Source of the DNA: an uncultured bacterium
GTDB lineage: Bacteria; Patescibacteriota; Minisyncoccia; Phycocordibacterales; UBA6065
Assembly: GCA_966243015.1 (NCBI GenBank)
Contig: CBIMES010000001.1
Location: forward strand, 50,598 to 114,597
Direction of reading: 5' to 3'
DNA length: 64,000 nt
Numbering within the stretch: the stretch's first letter is position 1; each line of letters opens with the position of its first letter. The position numbers and the translations under genes were made by a program. Below are positions 35,370 through 44,334 of the stretch, piece after piece. The notes beneath the pieces were generated by a model. It was not told the DNA's origin. It searched no databases and worked only from the letters and a program-made list of their open reading frames with translations.

Positions 35370-36305
35370 TTATTTCGCGTTGAGGTACACGTAGATGTCC
35401 TCGAGCGCCTTCACGGCATCGCCCGCAGCGATGTTGTTCTGGTGGTAGAGTCCGTCCGTGCAGTCTCCGGCGGCCCAGATGCCCGGGGTTGAGGTTGCCT
35501 GAGTGCGTGGGTCGACGATGATACGTCCGTAGGGATCAACGCTCACGACCTCCTTGGCGAACTCGGTCGTAGGGATTGATCCGATCTCGACGAATATACC
35601 CGAGACAGGGAGCTCGACGCTCTCGCCGGACTCCTTGTTTTGGTAGGTGATCGAACTGACAAATTTCGTGCCCTTCACCTCAGTCGGCATGGCATTGGTG
35701 ATGGCGCGCATCTTTAGGTTCGAGAGCACCTTCTTTACGGTAACAGGATCTGCGCGGAATTCCTCGCTCCTGTTGAGGAGGGTGACCGACTTGCAGTACG
35801 CGAGAAGCTGCGAAGCGCTCTCGAAGGCGGCGTTGCCGCCGCCGATGACCGCTACGTCCTGGTCAGCGAAGAGCGGGCCGTCGCACGAGGCGCAGTAGGT
35901 GATGCCCTTGTGCTCAAACTTGTCGGCGCCGGGCACCTCGAGCTTGCGGCGATGGCTGCCGGTGGCGATGAGGACGGTCTTGGCGGTGTACGAGCCCTTG
36001 TCGGTCGTGACGGTGAAGGCTGTGCCTCCGTTCGGCGCGTCGGCCTTGGCGATCTTCTGGCACCACTCGCCAGTCTTGATGTCGACGATGTCTCCCGCAT
36101 AGGCGCGGAGGTGGGCTTCCATGCTCTTGGCAAAGTCGGCACCGGCGATCTTAATCGTGCCGATCCAGTTCTCGATGCCCTCGGAGACGGTCGATTGGCT
36201 CTCCCAGTCCTTGGTGATGAAGACGGTCTTGAGTCGCTTGCGCGAGGCGTAGACTCCCGCCGCAACTCCCGCTGGTCCGCCGCCGATGATTGCTAGGTCG
36301 TACAT
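35370..36305 (-). CDS. trxB: Thioredoxin reductase-like FAD/NAD(P) oxidoreductase
   Basis: GGGPAG, YCASCDG, GGGNAA, AAGD. Confidence 0.88.
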   Translation of the reverse strand: MYDLAIIGGGPAGVAAGVYASRKRLKTVFITKDWESQSTVSEGIENWIGTIKIAGADFAKSMEAHLRAYAGDIVDIKTGEWCQKIAKADAPNGGTAFTVTTDKGSYTAKTVLIATGSHRRKLEVPGADKFEHKGITYCASCDGPLFADQDVAVIGGGNAAFESASQLLAYCKSVTLLNRSEEFRADPVTVKKVLSNLKMRAITNAMPTEVKGTKFVSSITYQNKESGESVELPVSGIFVEIGSIPTTEFAKEVVSVDPYGRIIVDPRTQATSTPGIWAAGDCTDGLYHQNNIAAGDAVKALEDIYVYLNAK

Positions 36306-36431
36306 GTGATTGAGGTTAGTGGGGTAAATTATAGCAAGTAAGCGCGGTGTCCGAACCTTGATTAGGTTACAGTCCCGTGCTGAAACTCGGTATACGACAT
36401 GCTCCAGCGTTCTTGGGAGATAAGAAGGCGT

Positions 36432-36533
36432 CCCGCGCACACCTTTTCAAAACCCTATCGAAGCGCGACTGGCGCTGAGATGAGAAAATCCCCAGTGAGG
36501 GGATTTTCGTGGTTTTGAAAAGGTGTGCGCGGG
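36432..36533 (+). repeat. Nested structured element copy 4: diverged 58-nt core (36454-36511) in a 22-bp perfect IR
   Basis: ATC-GA-AGCGC-gactg-GCGCT-GA-GAT, GAAAATCCCC-agtga-GGGGATTTTC-GTG. Confidence 0.8.
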
Positions 36534-36537
36534 GAGA

Positions 36538-37740
36538 CTATTTCTTTCTCCTCAAGAACGCTGGAACCGCGCCCCAGTCGTCGTCCTCTGAGTCGATGGT
36601 AGGGATGGCCGCCTTCTTATCCTCGGGCGCTGGCTTTGGCTCCGGCTTCTCCTCCTTTGGGGCTGGTGCTGGCGGAGGGGTCACGCTGTTGTGAATCTTG
36701 CCCTTCGGAGCCTCCTCCTTCTGCTCTGGGGCCGATGATGAAGAGAAGAGGGACTTGCTGCGGACGGGTGCCGCGACCTGAGGGGCGTCGCCGAATCCGG
36801 ACGCGATGACGGTGATGCGCATCTCGCCCTTCTTGATCTTCTCGTCGCGGACGGTACCGAAGATGACCTTCGCGTTAGGGTCGATGGACTCGGTGATGAT
36901 CTTCGCGGCGTCCTGGATCTCGAACATGGTGACGTCGTCGCCTCCCGCGATGGAGAAGAGTACGCCCTTGGCGCCCGCGATCGATACGTCGAGGAGGGGC
37001 GAGGAGATCGCCATCTTCGCGGCGTCCTCGGCTCGTTTCTCGCCGGTGGCGAATCCGATGCCCATGAGAGCGGTTCCCGTGTTCTCGAGGACCGAGCGGA
37101 TGTCGGCGAAGTCGATGTTGATGATACCTGGGGTGGTGATGAGGTCAGAGATTCCCTCGACGGCCTGCTTGAGGACCTCGTCGCAGAGCGCGAAAGCGGC
37201 CTTCGCCGTGGTGTTGCGGTCGATATTGGTGAGGAGTCGGTCGTTCGGGATGACGATGATCGCGTCCACCTCCTTGCGAAGGTTCTCGAGAGCCTGCTCC
37301 GCGAGGCGCATGCGCTGGATGCCCTCGAAGAAGAACGGCTTGGTGACGACGGCGACAGTGAGTGCGCCGAGCTCCTTCGCGGTCTTTGCGATGACGGGTG
37401 CCGCGCCCGATCCGGTTCCGCCTCCCATGCCTCCCGAGACGAACACCATGTCTGCGCCCTTGAGGGCCTCCTGGAGCTCCTCCTTGGTCTCCTCGACTGC
37501 GCGTCGTCCGAGATCGGGGTTCATTCCCGTTCCGAGTCCCTTGGTGAGGTTCTTGCCCACGTGGATCTTCTTCTTGGCGAGGGAGTGATGGAGGTCCTGC
37601 GCGTCTGTGTTGACTGCGATAAAGTCCACGCCCTTAACCTTGGAGTTGATCATGTGGTTGAGGGTGTTCTTTCCGGAACCGCCCGCTCCCACGACTTTGA
37701 TGCGTGCGAACGTCTCTACTTCGGGAACGATGTTTGGCAT
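36538..37740 (-). CDS. ftsZ: Cell division protein FtsZ
   Basis: GMGGGTGSG, INIDFAD, C-terminal VPAFLRR. Confidence 0.98.
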   Translation of the reverse strand: MPNIVPEVETFARIKVVGAGGSGKNTLNHMINSKVKGVDFIAVNTDAQDLHHSLAKKKIHVGKNLTKGLGTGMNPDLGRRAVEETKEELQEALKGADMVFVSGGMGGGTGSGAAPVIAKTAKELGALTVAVVTKPFFFEGIQRMRLAEQALENLRKEVDAIIVIPNDRLLTNIDRNTTAKAAFALCDEVLKQAVEGISDLITTPGIINIDFADIRSVLENTGTALMGIGFATGEKRAEDAAKMAISSPLLDVSIAGAKGVLFSIAGGDDVTMFEIQDAAKIITESIDPNAKVIFGTVRDEKIKKGEMRITVIASGFGDAPQVAAPVRSKSLFSSSSAPEQKEEAPKGKIHNSVTPPPAPAPKEEKPEPKPAPEDKKAAIPTIDSEDDDWGAVPAFLRRKK

Positions 37741-37858
37741 GGTGAATTACGGCTAAGGCTGGCTTGCTAAAGTGGGTACATGATATCAAAAGGGCCTGGA
37801 AATACAACACAAGGCTGTGGCCCAATGTTGACAGTGTTTTCAGGTCAAAAGAGCGTGT

Positions 37859-39013
37859 CTATGGCAAAAACTGTCTCAGGAAATCGAGTGATTTCTTGAT
37901 AAGGGGGTGCCTGAGGCCGCCTGCGCCCGAGCTACCGGTCTCCTCGCCGTTGAGGGCGAGCATGGAGAGGCCGTAGGCGACGGAATACGGCGCCTCCTTG
38001 AGGCTGCCGACGCGCGCGGGGATCTTGAGCGAGTCCTTGGCGAGCTCCTCGATGCCGGGGATGGCGGAACCCGCGCCCGTGAGGATGATGCCCGCGGGGA
38101 GGAGGCCGTTTCGGTCGATCTTCTTGAGATGTGCCTCGATGAGGTCAAAGATGTCGGAGAGGCGCGCGCCCACGATCTCGTCGAGCTTGCGCTTCGAGAA
38201 CTGGATGTTCGCCGGCGCGCCCCCGCGCTTGAGAGTCTCGGCGTCCTCGATCGGAATCTTGAGGCCGAGGGCGATGTCGTTCGTGATGTCGACCGAGCCG
38301 AGGGGGAATACCTCGACGGAAAGCGGGAGGTTGTTCTCGTAGGTGACGATGGAGACAGTCTCGGCGCCGACGTTCGCGAGCACACAGCCGGCGACCTTCT
38401 GGTTCTTCGAGAGGGCGACGAGGGCTGAGGCGACGGGGGACGCGACGATGTCGATGACCTCGATGCCTGCCTCGGTGATGGTGTCCACGAGGTCGTCGAG
38501 GTGCTGCGAGAGGCAGGTGACGAAGAGGACCTTTGCCTCGAGCTTGTTGCCCTTCATGCCTCGCGGTCGGCCGAAGACGGGCTTGCCGTCGATTTTGTAG
38601 GAGAGGGGAACGGTGTGGATGATGCGCTTGTTGGCGAGGGCCGATGCGGGAATGTTCTTCTCGGCGACGGCGGTCGCTTTCTCTATATCCATGTCCGACA
38701 CTTCGGAATCGCCGCGGGAGATAGTCGCCGAGCCGGTGGCGACGAGGCTCGTGAGGCTGATGCCGCTGATCGAGACGACCGCCTTGCGTACCTTGTGGCC
38801 CGAGTTTCTCTCTGCGCTCGCGAGCGCGGAAAGCACGCTCTCGGCGGCCTCGGGAACGTTTACGATGTAGCCGTGGCGCACGCCCTTTGACTCGGCGGTT
38901 CCGACGCCGACGATTTTTGGCATGGTGCGCTGTCCCTCGGGACGTGACTCGGTCAGGACGATCTTGACCTCGTGCGTTCCGATGTCTATGCCTGCTGCTA
39001 TTTTGCTGCGCAT
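37859..39013 (-). CDS. ftsA: Cell division protein FtsA
   Basis: GIDIGT, ITNDIALGL, ILTGAGS; immediately upstream of ftsZ. Confidence 0.95.
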   Translation of the reverse strand: MRSKIAAGIDIGTHEVKIVLTESRPEGQRTMPKIVGVGTAESKGVRHGYIVNVPEAAESVLSALASAERNSGHKVRKAVVSISGISLTSLVATGSATISRGDSEVSDMDIEKATAVAEKNIPASALANKRIIHTVPLSYKIDGKPVFGRPRGMKGNKLEAKVLFVTCLSQHLDDLVDTITEAGIEVIDIVASPVASALVALSKNQKVAGCVLANVGAETVSIVTYENNLPLSVEVFPLGSVDITNDIALGLKIPIEDAETLKRGGAPANIQFSKRKLDEIVGARLSDIFDLIEAHLKKIDRNGLLPAGIILTGAGSAIPGIEELAKDSLKIPARVGSLKEAPYSVAYGLSMLALNGEETGSSGAGGLRHPLIKKSLDFLRQFLP

Positions 39014-39037
39014 TACGGTGGTAAGAAACCGAAGCGA

Positions 39038-39421
39038 CTAGATTCCGAATTTCTTACGGAACGCTGCTTCTGTTCTGTCCATTCTACTACCGTGGTCCAT
39101 TCCTTTCAAATGGCAGAGCGCGTGGATGTAGAGAAAGGCGATGAAGTTCGAGGTGTTTCTCTCGAAGTCAGGCGCCTGCCGCTTTGCCTCGAGGGGGTTG
39201 ATGAATATCTCGCCGCTCTTCTCGTCGAGCTCGAAGGAGAGCACGTTCGGCACGTAGTCCTTGCCTCGATGGGCAATGTTGAGTTTGCGCGACTCGGCGT
39301 CGCCGACAAAGGCAAGCGAGAGATCATAGTCCTCGCCGAGTACGGCGTCCTTCATACGAGCAAAAGCCAAGCGGGGAAGCTTGGCTTTCGTTTTGTTGAT
39401 GAGAGAGAATCCTCTCGCCAT
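39038..39421 (-). CDS. ybeY: rRNA maturation RNase YbeY
   Basis: LN..HRGKDYVPNVLSF, HALCHLKGMDH. Confidence 0.9.
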   Translation of the reverse strand: MARGFSLINKTKAKLPRLAFARMKDAVLGEDYDLSLAFVGDAESRKLNIAHRGKDYVPNVLSFELDEKSGEIFINPLEAKRQAPDFERNTSNFIAFLYIHALCHLKGMDHGSRMDRTEAAFRKKFGI

Positions 39422-39424
39422 ACC

Positions 39425-39670
39425 TTATCGTCGTCGAGGCTCCTGAGGGGCGACCTTTCCGAGCTTGATGTCCTCGGCGAGCTTCTCGCGTCGCGCGATG
39501 CCTGCGAGGGTCTTCATCTTTCGCTTGTACGACGAGAGGGTTCGTGCGTGGTATCGCTCGCCTCGCACGCGAGGGAGGATTCCCGAGCCCTGCACGCGCT
39601 TGGTGAAGCGCCTGAGGAGGCTGAGGGGATTTTCGTTGCCGTTCTTGGTTACTTCTACGTTTGTTGCCAT
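39425..39670 (-). CDS. rpsU: 30S ribosomal protein bS21-like
   Basis: NENPLSLLRRFTKRVQGSGIL, basic C-terminus. Confidence 0.7.
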   Translation of the reverse strand: MATNVEVTKNGNENPLSLLRRFTKRVQGSGILPRVRGERYHARTLSSYKRKMKTLAGIARREKLAEDIKLGKVAPQEPRRR

Positions 39671-39775
39671 AGGCCAATAGAGTATCATAGGGCTCTACAA
39701 AAGGCAATAAACAGCCAAAACTAGGGGCTCTCGTTGTTTGTCATGGGTCTCGCTCGGGTGTACGATAGGGTAACT

Positions 39776-40081
39776 ATGGCTAATGTGCAGTTCGAGAATG
39801 AGGGAGGTTTTTCGAGGTCTTATTCCTCGCAACAGAGATCGGGCATGATCGCGTTTGTGATGGGTCGCCTTGGTCTGAAAAGCGAGGGTTCCGCCAGGAC
39901 CGCTCTTGCCGTCCTGTCGCTTGTCCTTATCGCCGGCGCGATTGTCTTCTACGCATATTCAAGCCGGCAGGCGGGAGGCCCGGTTCCTTCGCCTGTCGAC
40001 ACGATGACGCCCGAGGAAAAAGCGCGTTTGCCGAAGGCGACCCTTGAGGTGTACGAGAGGATTCACTCGCCGCGCAAATAA
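39776..40081 (+). CDS. Hypothetical single-TM protein
   Basis: ORF directly upstream of the pilin. Confidence 0.65.
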   Translation: MANVQFENEGGFSRSYSSQQRSGMIAFVMGRLGLKSEGSARTALAVLSLVLIAGAIVFYAYSSRQAGGPVPSPVDTMTPEEKARLPKATLEVYERIHSPRK

Positions 40082-40090
40082 CTCAATCAC

Positions 40091-40630
40091 ATGACATTCA
40101 CACGTGCCAAGAACGCTGGTTTTACCCTCATCGAGCTCCTTGTCGTGATCTCTATCATTGCCCTCCTCTCGAGCGTGGTGCTCGGGTCGGTCAACACCGC
40201 GCGCAAGAAAGCCCTGAACGCGAAGATGGCGTCGGAGGTCCAGTCCATGATGAAGGCCCTTGAGGTCTACAAGACAACTGTTGGTACCTATCCCTGCGAA
40301 GGCACGGGAGGCTGCTGGCTTCAGGATTACTGCGGGGATACGTCTCTCAGGGACGGATTCCAGCCGCTCGTTACCGCAAAGGTCCTTTCTTCCGTGCCGC
40401 GACATCCTGCGAACACGTCGTGCAGCGACGGATACAACTATTACTTTTATTGGTACGGATACGAGGAGCCCGGCTATTCTGAGTTTGCTGACATGGACGC
40501 CAAATGCGGCGGCAGGCCCGTCAGAAAGTATATGGTCGGCATCATAAGCAATCAGACTCTTCCTAAGGGACTCGGCAACATGGAGCAGTGGGGAGATACC
40601 TATACCGAGTATCAGTGCGTCGGTCTCTAG
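40091..40630 (+). CDS. Type IV pilin / pseudopilin
   Basis: Class III signal G-FTLIELLVVISIIALL. Confidence 0.92.
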   Translation: MTFTRAKNAGFTLIELLVVISIIALLSSVVLGSVNTARKKALNAKMASEVQSMMKALEVYKTTVGTYPCEGTGGCWLQDYCGDTSLRDGFQPLVTAKVLSSVPRHPANTSCSDGYNYYFYWYGYEEPGYSEFADMDAKCGGRPVRKYMVGIISNQTLPKGLGNMEQWGDTYTEYQCVGL

Positions 40631-40702
40631 GTCTGTCCTTCGACACTGTTGGTTGACGGACTTCGTGTCGGTGCTAGGCTGGGGTTGTAACCCGCTCATC
40701 AC

Positions 40703-40921
40703 ATGGTCTTCATCCTTGCCTCCCAAGCCTGCGAAAATGGGAATCACGCATCGTGCACGGGGTCTCGTCCCGCGTCTCCTCCGGGAGCTTTCGGCGGCTG
40801 GCGCTGTCCGTGCTTCTGCCACGCGACGATTCAGTCGTCAGGGGTGGACATTAGCCTGCTCCTTCAGCCTGTTGCTCCGGCGCCTTTGCCCCAGAAGCGG
40901 GTCTGTAGTCGCGCCTCGTAG
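40703..40921 (+). CDS. Small Cys/His-rich putative metal-binding protein
   Basis: CENGNHASC...CPCFCH; own TTGACG-16-TAGGCT promoter (40653-40680) and downstream terminator. Confidence 0.5.
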   Translation: MVFILASQACENGNHASCTGSRPASPPGAFGGWRCPCFCHATIQSSGVDISLLLQPVAPAPLPQKRVCSRAS

Positions 40922-40931
40922 CCTCCCAAGC

Positions 40932-40960
40932 AAAGCCGCACCTTAACGGTGCGGCTTTTT
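40932..40960. terminator. Bidirectional terminator
   Basis: AAAGCCGCACC-TTAAC-GGTGCGGCTTTTT. Confidence 0.75.
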
Positions 40961-40985
40961 CGTGATTGCTTTTCTGCGGGCGACG

Positions 40986-42239
40986 CTAGACCCTGTACTT
41001 CTTGAGTCTCGCCACGACCTCGCCAAGGGCGACGGTGTCCTGCGACCTGGTAGAGGTCTCGCGGACGATGACGCTGTCCTCCATAGCCTCTTTCTTGCCC
41101 ATGATGATGACGATGGGGGCCTGCGACTTCTCGGCGATGCCGACCTGTCCGGCCATCTTGTCCTTGGCGAGCGACTGGATGACGGGGATGCGGGCCTGGC
41201 GAAGGGTTTCGATGAGCCTGAGGCTCTTGAGCTTTGCCTCGAAGCCGAGCTGCATGAAGCAAATCTGAGGATTGAGGATGTCGCGGATCGTGCCAACCTT
41301 CACGGCGTCGCCCTTGAGGTTTTTCTTGTTGACTGCGATTGAAACGCCGACGGCGGGAAGCTCCTTCTTGTGCCCGAGGCGCTTGGCGAGGGTATCGTAG
41401 CGGATGCCGATTGCCTTTGGGTGGTCCTTTGGGTCAGAGGTGCGGATTTCGAAGATGGTCTCGCCGCAGTAGTCTCGGTTGGCCATGAGGCCGTTGTTTA
41501 TGACGTACGGCACGTCGAGCGACTCGAGGTACTCGAGCACCTCCTTGAAATGGGCTCGCGACTTTTCGGAGAGGAAGTTGATGGACTTTGGGCACTCCTC
41601 GGCGAGACGCTTGCAGACCTCGTGGTCGCAGGCGATGAGGGAGAAGACGTCCTTCTTGAAGAGCTGCTTGCAGTCGGCGGGAAGCTCGTTCATATGCTTG
41701 CGGTAGTACGCGGTGATCTCGCGGGTGAAGCGGGCAAGGGACTCTTTGTCGCCGATCGAGTTGATCTCGACGTGGAGGTCTGTCTCGCCTGCGTCCTGGA
41801 GGATGGCGAGGGACGCCTGGAGGAGGATCGCCTCGGCTATGGACTTCGGGGTTCCGATGATATCGAGTCCCATATGGGCCTCCTTTGGGCTTGCCTTGCG
41901 CTTGTCGCCGGCAAACGGCTTTCGGTGCGAGAGCATGACGGGCTGGGGGAGGCTCGCCATCTTCTCCTTCTCGTAGAGCTTAAGCAAGGCGATCTTCTCC
42001 TCGAGGCGGACGATTGCGCCCTCCTCGTGATTGTCGTGGTCAATGACGATCTCGCCTTCGGAGATAGACTTTGCCTCAGTGGTGTCGGCCTGGGTGAGGT
42101 GAGGGAGGGCGAGCGGCGTGAAGCCGTAGAAAAGTGCGGTCTCGAGCGCCTGGTCGAGATGCTCGTAGGATACGTACGCCGGATGCTCGAGTGCCTTGCC
42201 TTTGACTGCCGCCTTCTTGGTCTGCGTCATCTGGGTCAT
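40986..42239 (-). CDS. Histidyl-tRNA synthetase-like protein with degenerate catalytic motifs and intact anticodon-binding domain
   Basis: YGF, INSIGD, HFKEVLEYLE, IRYD, PAVG; canonical class II/HisRS motifs are altered. Confidence 0.85.
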   Translation of the reverse strand: MTQMTQTKKAAVKGKALEHPAYVSYEHLDQALETALFYGFTPLALPHLTQADTTEAKSISEGEIVIDHDNHEEGAIVRLEEKIALLKLYEKEKMASLPQPVMLSHRKPFAGDKRKASPKEAHMGLDIIGTPKSIAEAILLQASLAILQDAGETDLHVEINSIGDKESLARFTREITAYYRKHMNELPADCKQLFKKDVFSLIACDHEVCKRLAEECPKSINFLSEKSRAHFKEVLEYLESLDVPYVINNGLMANRDYCGETIFEIRTSDPKDHPKAIGIRYDTLAKRLGHKKELPAVGVSIAVNKKNLKGDAVKVGTIRDILNPQICFMQLGFEAKLKSLRLIETLRQARIPVIQSLAKDKMAGQVGIAEKSQAPIVIIMGKKEAMEDSVIVRETSTRSQDTVALGEVVARLKKYRV

Positions 42240-42268
42240 GTGGGTTATGGAAAAATCTGGTTAGCCTG

Positions 42269-42865
42269 CTAAGGGGTCTCGCTGACATTCGTCACGGTCG
42301 TGCTTGCCACCGCGCCGGGGAACGTGCCGATGCGGGAGAACGGCAGCAGTCTGAGGACCGGCCTGCCGACAATGTCGCCCTTCGGCAGGGCGCCCCAGGC
42401 GCGCGAGTCGAGGCTTACGCGGCGATTGTCTCCCATGACGAAGTACTCGTCGGCGCCGAGGAGGAGGCTCGTGTTGCCGAACGTCTCCGAGCCCGTGTAA
42501 GGCTCGTTGAGGACGACGCCCTCGGGATGCTCGGCATTCTCGACCTTCACCTGATCGTCGGTGACGACGACTCGCTCGCCGGGGAGTCCGATGATGCGCT
42601 TGATGAAGTACTTGGAAGGGTCCTGTGGGTACTTGAAGATGACTACGTCGCCGCGCTCGATGTCCTTGAATCGGTAGGAGATCTCGTCGACGATGAGGTA
42701 CTGGCCGTCCTTGAAGGTGTTGTCCATCGACGCGCCGTTCACGATGAACGGCTGAGCGACCCAGAGACGGATGGGGAAGACGACGACGAGGGCGATGAGG
42801 GCATATCGAATAATCTCTCCGAGTGTGCTGGTCTTCTTCTGCGCCTCCTCGTGCTTCGTGTCCAT
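42269..42865 (-). CDS. lepB: Signal peptidase I
   Basis: GASM, FIKRIIGLPGE, MGDNRRVSLDSR. Confidence 0.96.
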   Translation of the reverse strand: MDTKHEEAQKKTSTLGEIIRYALIALVVVFPIRLWVAQPFIVNGASMDNTFKDGQYLIVDEISYRFKDIERGDVVIFKYPQDPSKYFIKRIIGLPGERVVVTDDQVKVENAEHPEGVVLNEPYTGSETFGNTSLLLGADEYFVMGDNRRVSLDSRAWGALPKGDIVGRPVLRLLPFSRIGTFPGAVASTTVTNVSETP

Positions 42866-42924
42866 GGTGTGCGTGGTTAGTTTTGTGTATGAAGTGTATA
42901 TCCTGGGGCGCTCTTGACGCAACG

Positions 42925-43030
42925 GGCTCCCGCATGGTGCTCAGAAAAGCACGGATATTTTCCTGGTGGAAAATTCCTCGAGCTCGGCCCGTCGGCCTCG
43001 CTAGTCTTTTCTGAGCACCATGCGGGAGCC
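42925..43030 (-). repeat. Nested structured element copy 3: 56-nt core (42950-43005, reverse orientation) in a 25-bp perfect IR
   Basis: Core ACTAGCGA-GGCC-gacg-GGCC-GAGCTCGAGGA-ATTTTCC-acca-GGAAAAT-ATCCGTG. Confidence 0.9.
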
Positions 43031-43093
43031 ATCGTGGAGACAAGAGTCGCCAAGCAAAAACCGCTGGGCGAACCATGCGGTTTGAAGAGTGCC

Positions 43094-43234
43094 TTAGGGG
43101 CGGTGGCGGATAATGCCGACGAGACCATCGAGCGCTACGGAGAACACGGGGATTCCCACGGCGAACCAGAGGTCCGACGCGAAGATTCCGACGGCGATGG
43201 TTATGAGGGCGACTGCGCCTACTTTCAGGATCAT
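43094..43234 (-). CDS. Possible small membrane protein (46 aa)
   Basis: MILKVGAVALITIAVGIFASDLWFAVGIPVFSVALDGLVGIIRHRP; start uncertain. Confidence 0.4.
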   Translation of the reverse strand: MILKVGAVALITIAVGIFASDLWFAVGIPVFSVALDGLVGIIRHRP

Positions 43235-43416
43235 GGTGGTGAAAAGCGGATGTCTCGTGATGAGCCAGTCCGCTTTTTTCCGCCATGATCGTATATGTTA
43301 ACTCTGCGTATATTATACACCCAAAATGGGCGTCTTGTCAATGTGGGAGAGGGGTCGAAAGAGGGCTTACCGAGGCCCTTTTCTGGCATGTCCACATGGC
43401 GTATACTGTGCCTACT

Positions 43417-44049
43417 ATGATCATCATTGGACTTGGAAACCCAGGGGCTGAATACGAGGGCACGCGACACAACGCGGGTCGCGAGGCGGTAATGAAGTTT
43501 GCGACGAAGATGAAGTTCGACGACTTCAAGGCGGACAAGAAGTCGCAGGCGCTCGTCGTGAAGGGGACGGTCGAGAAGGGCAAGGCGACCCTCGTCCTTC
43601 CCGAGACGTTTATGAACAAGTCCGGCGTCTCCGCCGGTGTGTTCGCCAAGACCCCGAAGAAGGCGAAGGACCCTAACGGCAAGATTATTAAGGCCTTTCC
43701 CGATCTCATCGTCGTGCACGACGACCTCGATATTCCGCTCGGCAAGGCGAAGATGTCCTGGGACAAGAGCGCGGGCGGACACAAGGGCGTTCAGTCCATC
43801 ATCAAGGCCGTCGGCACCCAGGCGTTCTTCCGTATCCGCATCGGTATCTCTCCCGCAAAAGCCAATGGCCAGGTGAAGAAGATTGACCATGACACCATCA
43901 TCGACAACTTCATCGTCGCCGACTTCAAGCCGAAGGAGGCCGAGGAGCTCAAGAAGGTCATCAAGAAGGTTGTCGACTGCCTCGAGCTCGCCGTCTCTGA
44001 CTCTCCGGAGCGTGCTATGAGCGAGTATAACGCGGAGTTCAGCAAATAA
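43417..44049 (+). CDS. pth: Peptidyl-tRNA hydrolase
   Basis: IGLGNPG, TRHNAG, FMNKSG, VHDDLD, GGHKG, RIRIGI. Confidence 0.96.
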   Translation: MIIIGLGNPGAEYEGTRHNAGREAVMKFATKMKFDDFKADKKSQALVVKGTVEKGKATLVLPETFMNKSGVSAGVFAKTPKKAKDPNGKIIKAFPDLIVVHDDLDIPLGKAKMSWDKSAGGHKGVQSIIKAVGTQAFFRIRIGISPAKANGQVKKIDHDTIIDNFIVADFKPKEAEELKKVIKKVVDCLELAVSDSPERAMSEYNAEFSK

Positions 44050-44107
44050 GAGAAAGCCCCGCGAGGGGCTTTTCTTTTTGGGTCAGAGGGAGTAGGGTGA
44101 TTGCCAA

Positions 44108-44326
44108 ATGGATCCTATTCTTCTCTTCTACGTCTACGACGCTGTCGCTCTCGCGTGTTTCCTTCTCGGTCTCTATCTCATTGCTCGTGGCGGGCATGTT
44201 GGCAAGCTCGCTGGCGTGCTGTTTCTCACGGTGGCGCTAGCCTCATGCACCCAGTCGGCGCGTCTCGCTCACAAGGAGGCGTCGAAGCACATACCTATAC
44301 CCGGGTTTGACTCTCCTGGGAGGTAA
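44108..44326 (+). CDS. Small membrane protein
   Basis: Two hydrophobic segments; lies between terminators. Confidence 0.55.
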   Translation: MDPILLFYVYDAVALACFLLGLYLIARGGHVGKLAGVLFLTVALASCTQSARLAHKEASKHIPIPGFDSPGR

Positions 44327-44334
44327 CCAAAGCA

